Shown: positions 15,673 to 23,440, numbered from the stretch's first letter. The stretch: 25,872 nt of DNA from a phage (GCA_020318295.1 GCA_020318295.1_4859.2); one strand, 5' to 3'. The notes: a model not told the origin generated them from the letters alone. Program-made: numbers and translations.

Positions 15673-16674
15673 TTAACATCCTCTCATGCCAGATTGAAAC
15701 ATATCACTGATAGTCAGCCTGGTTGTAGTCTCCACCGGAATGCTAGGTTCTTCTTTCAGCACTCGATCGGCGCGGTTCCCATTCACCCGTTTCCAGCTAA
15801 TAAGTTCAGGATCGCGTTTCAACGTTAGTGTACGCAGTACCTGCTTGCAACGTAAGATGTTGCCGTACAGGTGATTTGCTGGATTATTATCAGCAGCTGT
15901 TTCAATATAGACTTGGTCGGAATGACGTTGTGCGAAATCGAATAGCGCGCCCATTAGCCGGCGGCCAATGCCACGTTTACGGTGTGTGGGTGCAACGGTT
16001 AAACCAGAAAGTTCAACGACGCCTGGTGTAACCAAGCGCATCTGGGCAATACCGACGATATCATGGCCGTCTCGCCAAATTGCAGTCTCCACATTAGCGT
16101 GCTGAATTCTTGCTATTACTGTTTCTGCTAACGGACCAATGTGTGTATAGTAGCCACGCATATCGTATTCTAGCTCTTCGCAAATTGCACCGCTAATCAA
16201 ATTCAGGATAACGTCTTTATCTTCCTTGGTAAGTTCTGCGTATGCATCACCAGAAATAATCTTGATTTCTGATGCGGTGATTACTTTGTCAAACAGTTTA
16301 GAATGACATGCCCAAACGATATCTGAAAGAACAAACCCTTTTTCGACCAGTTTTTGTTCAACATCGTCAGTAGGTGCTGGGCACGACATATATTCGAATC
16401 CGGTATGGTCGAGCACAAGGGCCAAACCAACTTTATCGAATGCCCCAGGTACAAACTCCTCAAAATAGTGACAGGTTAGTGTAGGGTCACCGTGTCGATA
16501 GGTGGCCACTAAATAACCCTCCCAGGTTTCTTTATTCTTCACCACGTAAACAGAATAAGTCTCGTCCTTTAGAAACTCTTTTAGGCGGCGTGCTCGTACA
16601 GTATCGCTGCCGACGTTATTTCGGAACTCGGCAGTGCGGATGCTGGTGCGAAACAATTTAGCCACAGTTTTCAT
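15673..16674 (-). CDS. Two-domain protein with C-terminal GNAT acetyltransferase domain (334 aa)
   Basis: Canonical acetyl-CoA motif LTVAPTHRKRGIGRRLMGALFDFAQ in the C-terminal half. The track ORF starts with TTG at 16797 and overlaps the upstream gene and terminator; ATG at 16674 (MKTVAKLF...) was chosen. Confidence 0.7.
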   Translation of the reverse strand: MKTVAKLFRTSIRTAEFRNNVGSDTVRARRLKEFLKDETYSVYVVKNKETWEGYLVATYRHGDPTLTCHYFEEFVPGAFDKVGLALVLDHTGFEYMSCPAPTDDVEQKLVEKGFVLSDIVWACHSKLFDKVITASEIKIISGDAYAELTKEDKDVILNLISGAICEELEYDMRGYYTHIGPLAETVIARIQHANVETAIWRDGHDIVGIAQMRLVTPGVVELSGLTVAPTHRKRGIGRRLMGALFDFAQRHSDQVYIETAADNNPANHLYGNILRCKQVLRTLTLKRDPELISWKRVNGNRADRVLKEEPSIPVETTTRLTISDMFQSGMRGC

Positions 16675-16730
16675 TGTAATGCCCTCAAAAGGTATTGCTG
16701 TCACAACATGAGGATAATGCGTAAAAAGAC

Positions 16731-16758
16731 AAAAAATTAAGGGGTCCGAAGACCCCTT
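16731..16758 (-). terminator. Intrinsic terminator
   Basis: Perfect stem aaggggtc/gacccctt with a 4-nt loop (TTCG on the minus strand), followed by TTTTTT. Confidence 0.75.
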
Positions 16759-16763
16759 AATGA

Positions 16764-17420
16764 TTACAGTTCCGGTTTGGAGACAAGCGTCGTCCAAGTT
16801 TCGGAATGTTTGACACTAACGTGTGCTAGGCGATTCACCATGAAGGCAAATTTGTCCATATGTTTCTGCACTTCGTTATCAGTCAGATTGCCAGCGATAA
16901 CTTTACCGTCTTTGGTCAGCACGATATAGCCGTGGTTGTTGTCTACCGTAGTGAACGCCACATCAATCGTAACCGGGTAAAGTTTCACCAGCGTCGGCAG
17001 AATGTGGCCAACACGATCGGCCATACCCGCAAGCTGGCCACAAAGGTCGGCTTTATCCTGCATGAACAAACGCAACATCGCTACTGCAAACACCGGATAG
17101 ATGTTTTCGATTTGCGTGTCGTAACGAGACAGGCCGATAACTTCATCACCGCGGGTTAGCACCATGTTGTTCAGATGCGCGCCTTTATAGATGGTAAAGC
17201 GTACGTCGCTACCAAGGTTAACCGAAACGATTTCCTGACCAAGGTCAATCGGAAATTCACGTTCGATGTGAATCGTTTTCAGACGCTCACTGATCGGTAC
17301 AATCACATCCGGCTTCGGAATGCTAGATGTACGCGTGGATTCAGTGGTACGCGTTTTTGTGGATTTAACCGCACTGCTTGCCATTGAATCTTTTGCTACA
17401 GTTTTAGGGGCCTTCGCCAT
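16764..17420 (-). CDS. Hypothetical protein (218 aa), basic Ser/Thr-rich N-terminus
   Basis: ATG at 17420 with AAGGAG 6 nt upstream. Confidence 0.6.
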   Translation of the reverse strand: MAKAPKTVAKDSMASSAVKSTKTRTTESTRTSSIPKPDVIVPISERLKTIHIEREFPIDLGQEIVSVNLGSDVRFTIYKGAHLNNMVLTRGDEVIGLSRYDTQIENIYPVFAVAMLRLFMQDKADLCGQLAGMADRVGHILPTLVKLYPVTIDVAFTTVDNNHGYIVLTKDGKVIAGNLTDNEVQKHMDKFAFMVNRLAHVSVKHSETWTTLVSKPEL

Positions 17421-17446
17421 GGTATACTCCTTAAGGTTTACACTAG

Positions 17447-17833
17447 TTAATCCCAGAAAGCTGCTTCTGGAAAGTCGTGTTCAAATGCCCGACGGTCATT
17501 CTCTACACGGTTTAAATGTGTCGGTAAAGACACGCAGTTATTACAGATACAAAGTTCTTTATCCCCTTGACTGGGGTCAAAGTCGTACCATTTCCATTCA
17601 ACGGTATCTCGTTTCGGGAAGGTACCTTTGCAGTCGTCGCAGACCACTTCTTCAGCTGCAATTTCAGCCTGCAGTTTTTCCCAGCAGTTCTCGCACATGT
17701 AGTACGTTTCGCGGCCCCATGGGTCGCACTCTGCCGTATAGCGCGGGGCTATAGAGCCCACTTTAAGATGTTTACATCGATCATCCTCTTCCGTCATCAC
17801 GCGACGGGTGATACCATTTACAAACCAATTCAT
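17447..17833 (-). CDS. Cys-rich putative zinc-binding protein (128 aa)
   Basis: Several CxxC pairs (CENC, CDDC, CICNNC); ATG at 17833 with GGGAG upstream. Confidence 0.6.
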   Translation of the reverse strand: MNWFVNGITRRVMTEEDDRCKHLKVGSIAPRYTAECDPWGRETYYMCENCWEKLQAEIAAEEVVCDDCKGTFPKRDTVEWKWYDFDPSQGDKELCICNNCVSLPTHLNRVENDRRAFEHDFPEAAFWD

Positions 17834-17844
17834 ACGTTTGCTCC

Positions 17845-18210
17845 CTACATTACTGCAGAAGGTTTACGTGCCATGACTTTAAGTCCTGTTTCTCGTACCC
17901 GGATAGGACAGTTGTTCATGTAATCGATGCATGATTCAATTTTAAAGCTATGACGACATTTACCGTTGATAGAACGGTAGACGATTTCGTAATTCAGGCG
18001 CAGTGTATCAGCAACCCGCATCAATGTTTCGATAGTCACGGCCTTCTCACGTTCATTTTTAATCGCAGATATTTGTGACGGTGAGCAGCCTACTAATAAC
18101 GCAATGTCTTTCTGCGTAACGTCCTTCGCAGTGACACGAGTAATAATGTAAGAAAGACGAACCAAAAACGCTTTCTTTGCCAACACAACGGTTTGATGTT
18201 TAAAACGCAT
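17845..18210 (-). CDS. XRE-type helix-turn-helix transcriptional regulator (121 aa)
   Basis: TQKDIALLVGCSPSQISAIKNE fits the HTH_XRE pattern; AAGGAG 8 nt upstream; first gene downstream of promoter motif P3. Confidence 0.6.
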   Translation of the reverse strand: MRFKHQTVVLAKKAFLVRLSYIITRVTAKDVTQKDIALLVGCSPSQISAIKNEREKAVTIETLMRVADTLRLNYEIVYRSINGKCRHSFKIESCIDYMNNCPIRVRETGLKVMARKPSAVM

Positions 18211-18260
18211 TAGAATACTCCTTTAGATTAATAGTCGATTAGAGAGTTTAGTAGTAACTC

Positions 18261-18285
18261 TCACCTAAGTAATATATATCTGAAA
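18261..18285 (-). promoter_or_regulatory. Conserved promoter-like motif P3 (minus strand TTTCAGATATATATTACTTAGGTGAG)
   Basis: Variant of the P1/P2 core; sits between a terminator and the HTH regulator gene, 75 nt upstream of its ATG. Confidence 0.4.
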
Positions 18286-18329
18286 TTTAGTGGACTGGAA
18301 GCAAAAAGCATAAGACTGTTCCGATCTGT

Positions 18330-18366
18330 AAAAAAGACAATACCCTCTTACCCGAAGGTAAGAGGG
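18330..18366 (-). terminator. Intrinsic terminator
   Basis: Perfect 10-bp stem ccctcttacc/ggtaagaggg (18343-18352 and 18357-18366) with a 4-nt loop (TTCG on the minus strand), followed by a T-run. Confidence 0.75.
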
Positions 18367-18372
18367 GTACAA

Positions 18373-18996
18373 CTAACCTGCCAGAATACGTTCAACGATA
18401 CGCGCGGCTTGTAACGCTATATCGTCGTCAGCCGTAACACGCATCAGCGGGAACTTATCGCCGCCATCTGTGGTGATGTGGAAAGCAAAACGGTAGTGGT
18501 CGCGTAACGCGTCCCAATCAGTCTGTGAGCGCAGATACTTCGCTGTCAGTACCTCATCATCCCAGTTCTTGCCCTGGGCCTCTGCGCGCTTCTTAAAGCG
18601 TTCTGTGGCGGTTTCGTAGGATACATCGGTTGCCACGTAAAGTTTCGGTGCGTTAATGTGGTCTAATACCCGTGAACGGAAAACTTCCCCTTTACCATCG
18701 ACGCCCTGGTAGACAATAGTCGATTGACAAAAACGGTCAAAAATAACGACATCGTGCTCTGGTACAACGAAATCCATCGTGTATTGGAAATCCAGACACA
18801 TCGCTTTAGCAATGCGTTCGTTAGAAGCGTGCTGGATAACCAGAGAACGTGCACTAATACCGGCTTCAGTGGTATTCGTCGGGTGATTGACGATGATGAC
18901 ATTAACGCCAGCGGAGCGCAACATCGCTTGAATCATTTTCGCGAGTGTTGATTTGCCAGAAAAGTCCGGACCATCCAGCGCCACTGAGTTTAACAT
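18373..18996 (-). CDS. Thymidylate-kinase-like P-loop nucleotide kinase (207 aa)
   Basis: VALDGPDFSGKST P-loop and FDRFCQSTIVYQG (the DR-x and STxxYQG region of dTMP kinases) near the N-terminus. Start moved from 19098 to ATG 18996, because the longer N-terminus would be encoded by the terminator A-tract. Confidence 0.65.
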   Translation of the reverse strand: MLNSVALDGPDFSGKSTLAKMIQAMLRSAGVNVIIVNHPTNTTEAGISARSLVIQHASNERIAKAMCLDFQYTMDFVVPEHDVVIFDRFCQSTIVYQGVDGKGEVFRSRVLDHINAPKLYVATDVSYETATERFKKRAEAQGKNWDDEVLTAKYLRSQTDWDALRDHYRFAFHITTDGGDKFPLMRVTADDDIALQAARIVERILAG

Positions 18997-19058
18997 TTTA
19001 TTCTTCCCCAAAAGTTTAATTAATTGTAGTGGTGTCACAATATAGCGACCAAACGTAA

Positions 19059-19094
19059 AGAAAAAAATAAAACAGGCACCCCGAAGGATGCCTG
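19059..19094 (-). terminator. Intrinsic terminator
   Basis: Stem caggca/tgcctg around a loop containing CCTTCGG on the minus strand, followed by TTTTATTTTTTTC. Confidence 0.6.
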
Positions 19095-19107
19095 ACATTA
19101 GATGTTA

Positions 19108-19866
19108 TTACTCGATAGCCTTGCGGTTCTTCATTTCTGGTGTCCAGGTGTGCTCAATCCATGCTTCGATGACCGGCTTGATGCCCGGACTTTTGAAGAA
19201 TGCATTTAATGACGGCCATTCCCCTAACGCGTACTTGTTAGTGAAATTGAGCGACATTACACTGAAGCCTTCGCGTTTGTTAAACAACGCAGAAGGGGCC
19301 AAGGAATAAGACAACATGGCCTGCGGTGTATCTGATTCAGGACGCAGCAGTGTCATGCGGCGGGTGACACGCAGTTCAATATCGTTGAAGTTAGCCCGGA
19401 GGTCTTCTTTAAATTTGACACTGCGGAAGAAACGATTTCCTGTTTCGGATGCTTTATTTACCAATCGCTCGGTTTGCATCACGTCTTTAAAATACGCATT
19501 GATGCATTCTTCAATGAAGACATAGCGTGGTGCAGCTTCACGCAGTGCTTCTAAGTCGAACTCTTTCCACGCGGGGATGAGTTCAGGCTTACGGGCGATG
19601 TGTTTAAAGAACATCCTGGCTGAGACTTCACGCAGTGCTTTCAGCAACCCGCGAATAACATCTTCCCGCGTTGCGTTAGTTGCGAAGAACTCAGTCGTGC
19701 CATGTACAACGGTACCGCCTGTTTTAGCGCTGATGAGCTTATGCTCTATCATAATCGGCATCCCGCCCTTACCGATCATCTCTTCGTTATACAAAAATAC
19801 ATAACGATATTCGCCACAGGCAGTGGGGACGGACAGGAACTCTTTCTTCGTAGTATTAACAGTCAT
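19108..19866 (-). CDS. Hypothetical protein (252 aa)
   Basis: Monocistronic unit with promoter motif P4, a long structured leader and its own terminator. Confidence 0.6.
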   Translation of the reverse strand: MTVNTTKKEFLSVPTACGEYRYVFLYNEEMIGKGGMPIMIEHKLISAKTGGTVVHGTTEFFATNATREDVIRGLLKALREVSARMFFKHIARKPELIPAWKEFDLEALREAAPRYVFIEECINAYFKDVMQTERLVNKASETGNRFFRSVKFKEDLRANFNDIELRVTRRMTLLRPESDTPQAMLSYSLAPSALFNKREGFSVMSLNFTNKYALGEWPSLNAFFKSPGIKPVIEAWIEHTWTPEMKNRKAIE

Positions 19867-19957
19867 GGTATTTCTCTCTTAGTTTAAGTTGGTGAGTTTT
19901 AACCGACTCACAACGGCTTCTAGCATATGCTAAGGATGAAACGTAAATTTTGTACGT

Positions 19958-19984
19958 CTCCCTAAAATAATATCTATCCGAAAA
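19958..19984 (-). promoter_or_regulatory. Conserved promoter-like motif P4 (minus strand TTTTCGGATAGATATTATTTTAGGGAGACG)
   Basis: Variant core; the downstream TTTTAGGGAGA resembles the initiation region of single-subunit phage RNAP promoters (from memory). Confidence 0.4.
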
Positions 19985-20017
19985 ACAATAGAGTCGACCC
20001 ACTCCCGAAGGAGTGGG
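19981..20017 (-). terminator. Putative intrinsic terminator (weak U-run)
   Basis: Stem cccactcc/ggagtggg with a 4-nt loop (TTCG on the minus strand); the T-run is separated from the stem by 7 nt. Confidence 0.4.
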
Positions 20018-20023
20018 TATAAC

Positions 20024-20620
20024 TCACTGATGATCAACTTTCGGTTCAGACCACTCGGGGACTGGCGGAAGTTTAATATCAGTTGCGTATTCTGATGGCA
20101 CCGCGAGTGTGGTAAAGCCACGACACGCCAAATAGTGCTGCATTCGTGCTGCCTGATTCGGCGTGTCGGTGATCACCAAATGGGTCTTACGCATAAGTGC
20201 GAGTACCGCCTGTCCTTCTTGCGGCGTAGGTGTGCGTGGATGCTTACTGATAATGCTCATTAACCAGTCACGCGCAATACCACCTACATTACAACTGGCC
20301 TCACGCAAATCAACCACGCCTTCACCTTCACCCACCACCTGTTTGGTGGAGTTAGGATAAAAGCGATACGGTGCACGACGACGCTTACGACGTACTTCCG
20401 AAATAGCACGTCCGAGTATCATCTGTGCATGTTTAACGCTACAGCCTTCCACCGGTCTACGCATGTTCGTTACTAAACAGGCAATCTCTAGTACCTTACC
20501 GATTTGATAACGACGCTTAAAGCCATGACGACTTATGTCTACGTATTCTGGAAGATTGCCGTTTTTATTGATGTTTGCAACCGTAATCAAAAACAGCGAA
20601 TCGAGAATCATCTCAGACAT
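20024..20620 (-). CDS. Hypothetical protein (198 aa), Arg-rich central region
   Basis: The track start is GTG at 20623; the adjacent ATG at 20620 has GGGGAG 6-7 nt upstream. Confidence 0.6.
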   Translation of the reverse strand: MSEMILDSLFLITVANINKNGNLPEYVDISRHGFKRRYQIGKVLEIACLVTNMRRPVEGCSVKHAQMILGRAISEVRRKRRRAPYRFYPNSTKQVVGEGEGVVDLREASCNVGGIARDWLMSIISKHPRTPTPQEGQAVLALMRKTHLVITDTPNQAARMQHYLACRGFTTLAVPSEYATDIKLPPVPEWSEPKVDHQ

Positions 20621-20632
20621 CACAGTCTCCCC

Positions 20633-21004
20633 TTAAAACCCCGCAACGACTGCAGCCATAAAGTCATGTACGACTTTACGTTGTTCTGCAAGCGGGTAGC
20701 CAAATTTAGTAATGTCGTGCATCCACCGAACCCGGTGAGTCCGACCATCGTGACTGAATGTGGAGCGCAGTACCAGGAAATAATCCGCACTGACTCGAAA
20801 ATGTAACGAGCAGCTGCCATGTTTGGCTCGCACGGTCAACTGAATACGCTTTACGCCGTCGCCTAAATATTTAGCGTCGATGTCGACCTGGTCAACCTCC
20901 GGCACAGCCCGTAAGGCTTGCGCGACGTCTTCCAGGTCCCCGTTCTTGCTCACATTAGCGCCATGGAGCGCTGCGGTACAGAGTTGAAGCTCTCGATAGA
21001 ACAT
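20633..21004 (-). CDS. Hypothetical protein (123 aa)
   Basis: ATG at 21004 with AGGAG 9 nt upstream, lying inside the 3' end of the upstream gene (55-nt out-of-frame overlap). Alternative GTG at 20953 would overlap the upstream TGA. Confidence 0.45.
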   Translation of the reverse strand: MFYRELQLCTAALHGANVSKNGDLEDVAQALRAVPEVDQVDIDAKYLGDGVKRIQLTVRAKHGSCSLHFRVSADYFLVLRSTFSHDGRTHRVRWMHDITKFGYPLAEQRKVVHDFMAAVVAGF

Positions 21005-21558
21005 CCTTCTAGTCTCCTGTCCCTCCCATAGTTCAAGGGATTTTTATAATACCAATCTTCATGCACAGGAGTCACGCGGATATACCGGCTGTAAAACAAC
21101 AAGTATTTGTAGAAGGTATCAATACTGACGTCTTTGTCTACCGATAAAAAGTAGTTTAAAGACGGGTCGTCTGGGAACGACACAAAGATACCGGTGAAGT
21201 ACGCATCGGCATAGGGGCCATTAAACGGCGTCACTTCACACTTCAGGCAAGGTAAGCCAACCTGAAACGCGTTCTGTCCTGTCCAGTAAATTCCACGTGT
21301 GGTTGCATCGCGTGTTTTCCCATCGGGACGACAAACAACCCCTGCCATAAAACTGGACCGTTGACTTGGGTCAGCCGCATTTAAGAACTGGGCTATTCTG
21401 TCTACTGAAAAATATTTTAACGTGCCGGGCGGTAATTGCCAGAACTGTCCCATCGCACGTACCACCTTCCAACCAGGGCGATTTCTTGCCCCAAAACGCT
21501 TTACACAAAAAGTATATCGCGAGCCAGTCTGATGCGGCACGCTGCGGACAGCTACCAT
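20950..21558 (-). CDS. Hypothetical protein (202 aa)
   Basis: ATG at 21558 with AAGGAG 7 nt upstream. Confidence 0.55.
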   Translation of the reverse strand: MVAVRSVPHQTGSRYTFCVKRFGARNRPGWKVVRAMGQFWQLPPGTLKYFSVDRIAQFLNAADPSQRSSFMAGVVCRPDGKTRDATTRGIYWTGQNAFQVGLPCLKCEVTPFNGPYADAYFTGIFVSFPDDPSLNYFLSVDKDVSIDTFYKYLLFYSRYIRVTPVHEDWYYKNPLNYGRDRRLEGCSIESFNSVPQRSMALM

Positions 21559-21559
21559 G

Positions 21560-22027
21560 TTAAAGCTCCTTTACCATATCCTGGTATTCAGTTCGAAAAC
21601 CGAAACGTTCATAAAACGCAATAGCACGGTCATTATTACCGAGCACGTTAAGCTGCATCCATGCGCAGCCTTTTGATTTGCCATAGTTCTCTACGGCTTC
21701 GATCAGTTCATGGCCAACGCCTTGTGAACGAACCGATTCATCTACAAAAAAGTTATATACCCAGAGGAAACGTTGTCCCTTTTTGGTGTAGCCAAAGGTG
21801 ATGAAGCCAACAGCCACACCACGGTCATCAACGGCGCAAGCGCACAGCGTACCTTCACCCCAAACCTCCTCCAGTTTTGAGATTTGATTAAACCCTTCAC
21901 GACCGTTTAAGTCAGCAAGTTTTATTTTCTGATCGTCGTATAACTTGTTGTGTAGTCCTAACAAGTCCGCGTAGTATTTCTTTCCATACGGAGAGTTGGG
22001 CTTGGTGACAAAAACAATTTTCATCAT
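21560..22027 (-). CDS. GNAT-family N-acetyltransferase (155 aa)
   Basis: VDESVRSQGVGHELIEAV...AIAFYERFGF is a canonical GNAT acetyl-CoA-binding motif; start overlaps the upstream stop (ATGATGA). Confidence 0.8.
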   Translation of the reverse strand: MMKIVFVTKPNSPYGKKYYADLLGLHNKLYDDQKIKLADLNGREGFNQISKLEEVWGEGTLCACAVDDRGVAVGFITFGYTKKGQRFLWVYNFFVDESVRSQGVGHELIEAVENYGKSKGCAWMQLNVLGNNDRAIAFYERFGFRTEYQDMVKEL

Positions 22028-23157
22028 TTCACCTCAGCCAGCGATTGCTTCGTCCACTCCATTAGACCCTCTGCCACGCGTACCAACGCCGTGGTGAATG
22101 CGTCTTCCATCGCCATTGCATTACGGTAACGTAACGTGGCCTCCTTCAGCTCATCCCCTTCTAGGTTCTTAAGCTCGGACTTCATCGCTTCCACTTCTTC
22201 GTAAATGCCGGTGTAGCCCACAACACGGTTCTTTGTTCCACGTGCAGCAATAGATTTGATAAGTGCTTCCACAGCCTCTATTGCTTTCCCACACTGATGC
22301 ATATCCAGCGATTTAATGGTTTCACCATACTCACCGTCACGCGCAATTGCCCAACTGACCTTACCACTATGGTGCTCAACCACAACGATATTTCCAGGGA
22401 CAGGAAAAGCTTCCACCTTTTTAAAGGGATCGATGATGCCAAGCAACCCAGCAGCACGCCTAACTGCCCAGTTCGTGGACTTGCTGATTTGTTTTAAGCC
22501 TGGCCCTTCGAATGCTTTGCTTTTCTTCAGAGCGGTGCGTGTGTAAACCGTGTACTTTTGCACGACGCCTTCGTACGCATTTGTTTGTTTAGAAAACTTA
22601 ACACACGCTTCAAAATCGGGTCGATCTTCAAAGCAAACTTTAGACGTCCAGCTACTCGTGTGAACGTCGACCGCAGCGAGTGTTTTGTGGTCATCCAATA
22701 ACGACATTCGTGCTTTGAGCTTATTGAGCTTACGCTCCATGAATGCGGCTTTCGAAGTTATTTCTTTCAAACGGTCGGCTTGTTCTTTCGCTAGCGCTTC
22801 CGCGAAATCGTAAAAGCGTAATGCGAGCTTTTTCGAAAGTTTACCCGCGCCCTTTGCGGTTGCACCTAGTCCAGCACCCACTAACTTTCCAGCGCCTTTA
22901 ACAGCCTTCGCAGTAATGCGCCCTGCTGCGCGATGGATACCAGCTCGCGGGTCGGTATCAGTCATAAACTGAGCACGCTCCATCGCTTCACGCGATTCAC
23001 GAGCAACCAACATATCTTCACCGTCGTCGGTTAAGCACCAACGCTGACGAATCGCGCAAACCGCAGGGAAGTCGGGCTTAACTCCCAGACCTTCGAGTGC
23101 GACCAGGCGATCGTAGTCGTCAGTCAGGACTTCTAAATCTAAATCGAGCGTCGACAT
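22024..23157 (-). CDS. Hypothetical protein (377 aa) with Gly/Lys-rich repeat
   Basis: ATG at 23157 with AAGGAG 6 nt upstream; internal repeat KGAGKLVGAGLGATAKGAGKL. Confidence 0.6.
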   Translation of the reverse strand: MSTLDLDLEVLTDDYDRLVALEGLGVKPDFPAVCAIRQRWCLTDDGEDMLVARESREAMERAQFMTDTDPRAGIHRAAGRITAKAVKGAGKLVGAGLGATAKGAGKLSKKLALRFYDFAEALAKEQADRLKEITSKAAFMERKLNKLKARMSLLDDHKTLAAVDVHTSSWTSKVCFEDRPDFEACVKFSKQTNAYEGVVQKYTVYTRTALKKSKAFEGPGLKQISKSTNWAVRRAAGLLGIIDPFKKVEAFPVPGNIVVVEHHSGKVSWAIARDGEYGETIKSLDMHQCGKAIEAVEALIKSIAARGTKNRVVGYTGIYEEVEAMKSELKNLEGDELKEATLRYRNAMAMEDAFTTALVRVAEGLMEWTKQSLAEVK

Positions 23158-23167
23158 CCCCTGCTCC

Positions 23168-23440
23168 TTATATCTGCGTCACAGTGTAGTAATAATTACG
23201 ATGTGGCCAGCGAACACACAAAGCAAATATTTCACCCGTATCCGGTGTAGTGTAGACTGTCTGAATTGGGTCATTTTCCTGCGGTGCAACTTTCGAATCA
23301 AAACCGTGACGTTCCAGGTAATCAAAGAACTCATCTTCAGTGCCTGGGAACAGACGAAGGCTGGTCACCTTCTTAATCGGTTTTGACGGCGTAGGGAAGA
23401 ATGCTTCCCACAAACGACGAGCTAAACTGGTAGTTTGCAT
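23168..23440 (-). CDS. Hypothetical protein (90 aa)
   Basis: ATG at 23440 with AGAGG upstream. Confidence 0.5.
   Translation of the reverse strand: MQTTSLARRLWEAFFPTPSKPIKKVTSLRLFPGTEDEFFDYLERHGFDSKVAPQENDPIQTVYTTPDTGEIFALCVRWPHRNYYYTVTQI

Noticed and set aside
16675-16797. TTG-initiated N-terminal extension of the two-domain GNAT ORF
   Set aside because: It would overlap the upstream gene's 3' end and the terminator at 16731-16758; ATG at 16674 has better context.
18997-19098. N-terminal extension of the kinase ORF (MSGILRGACFIFFFTF...)
   Set aside because: The extension is encoded by the terminator hairpin and its A/T tract (the FIFFF run is the reverse complement of the A-run); the internal ATG at 18996 precedes the conserved P-loop.
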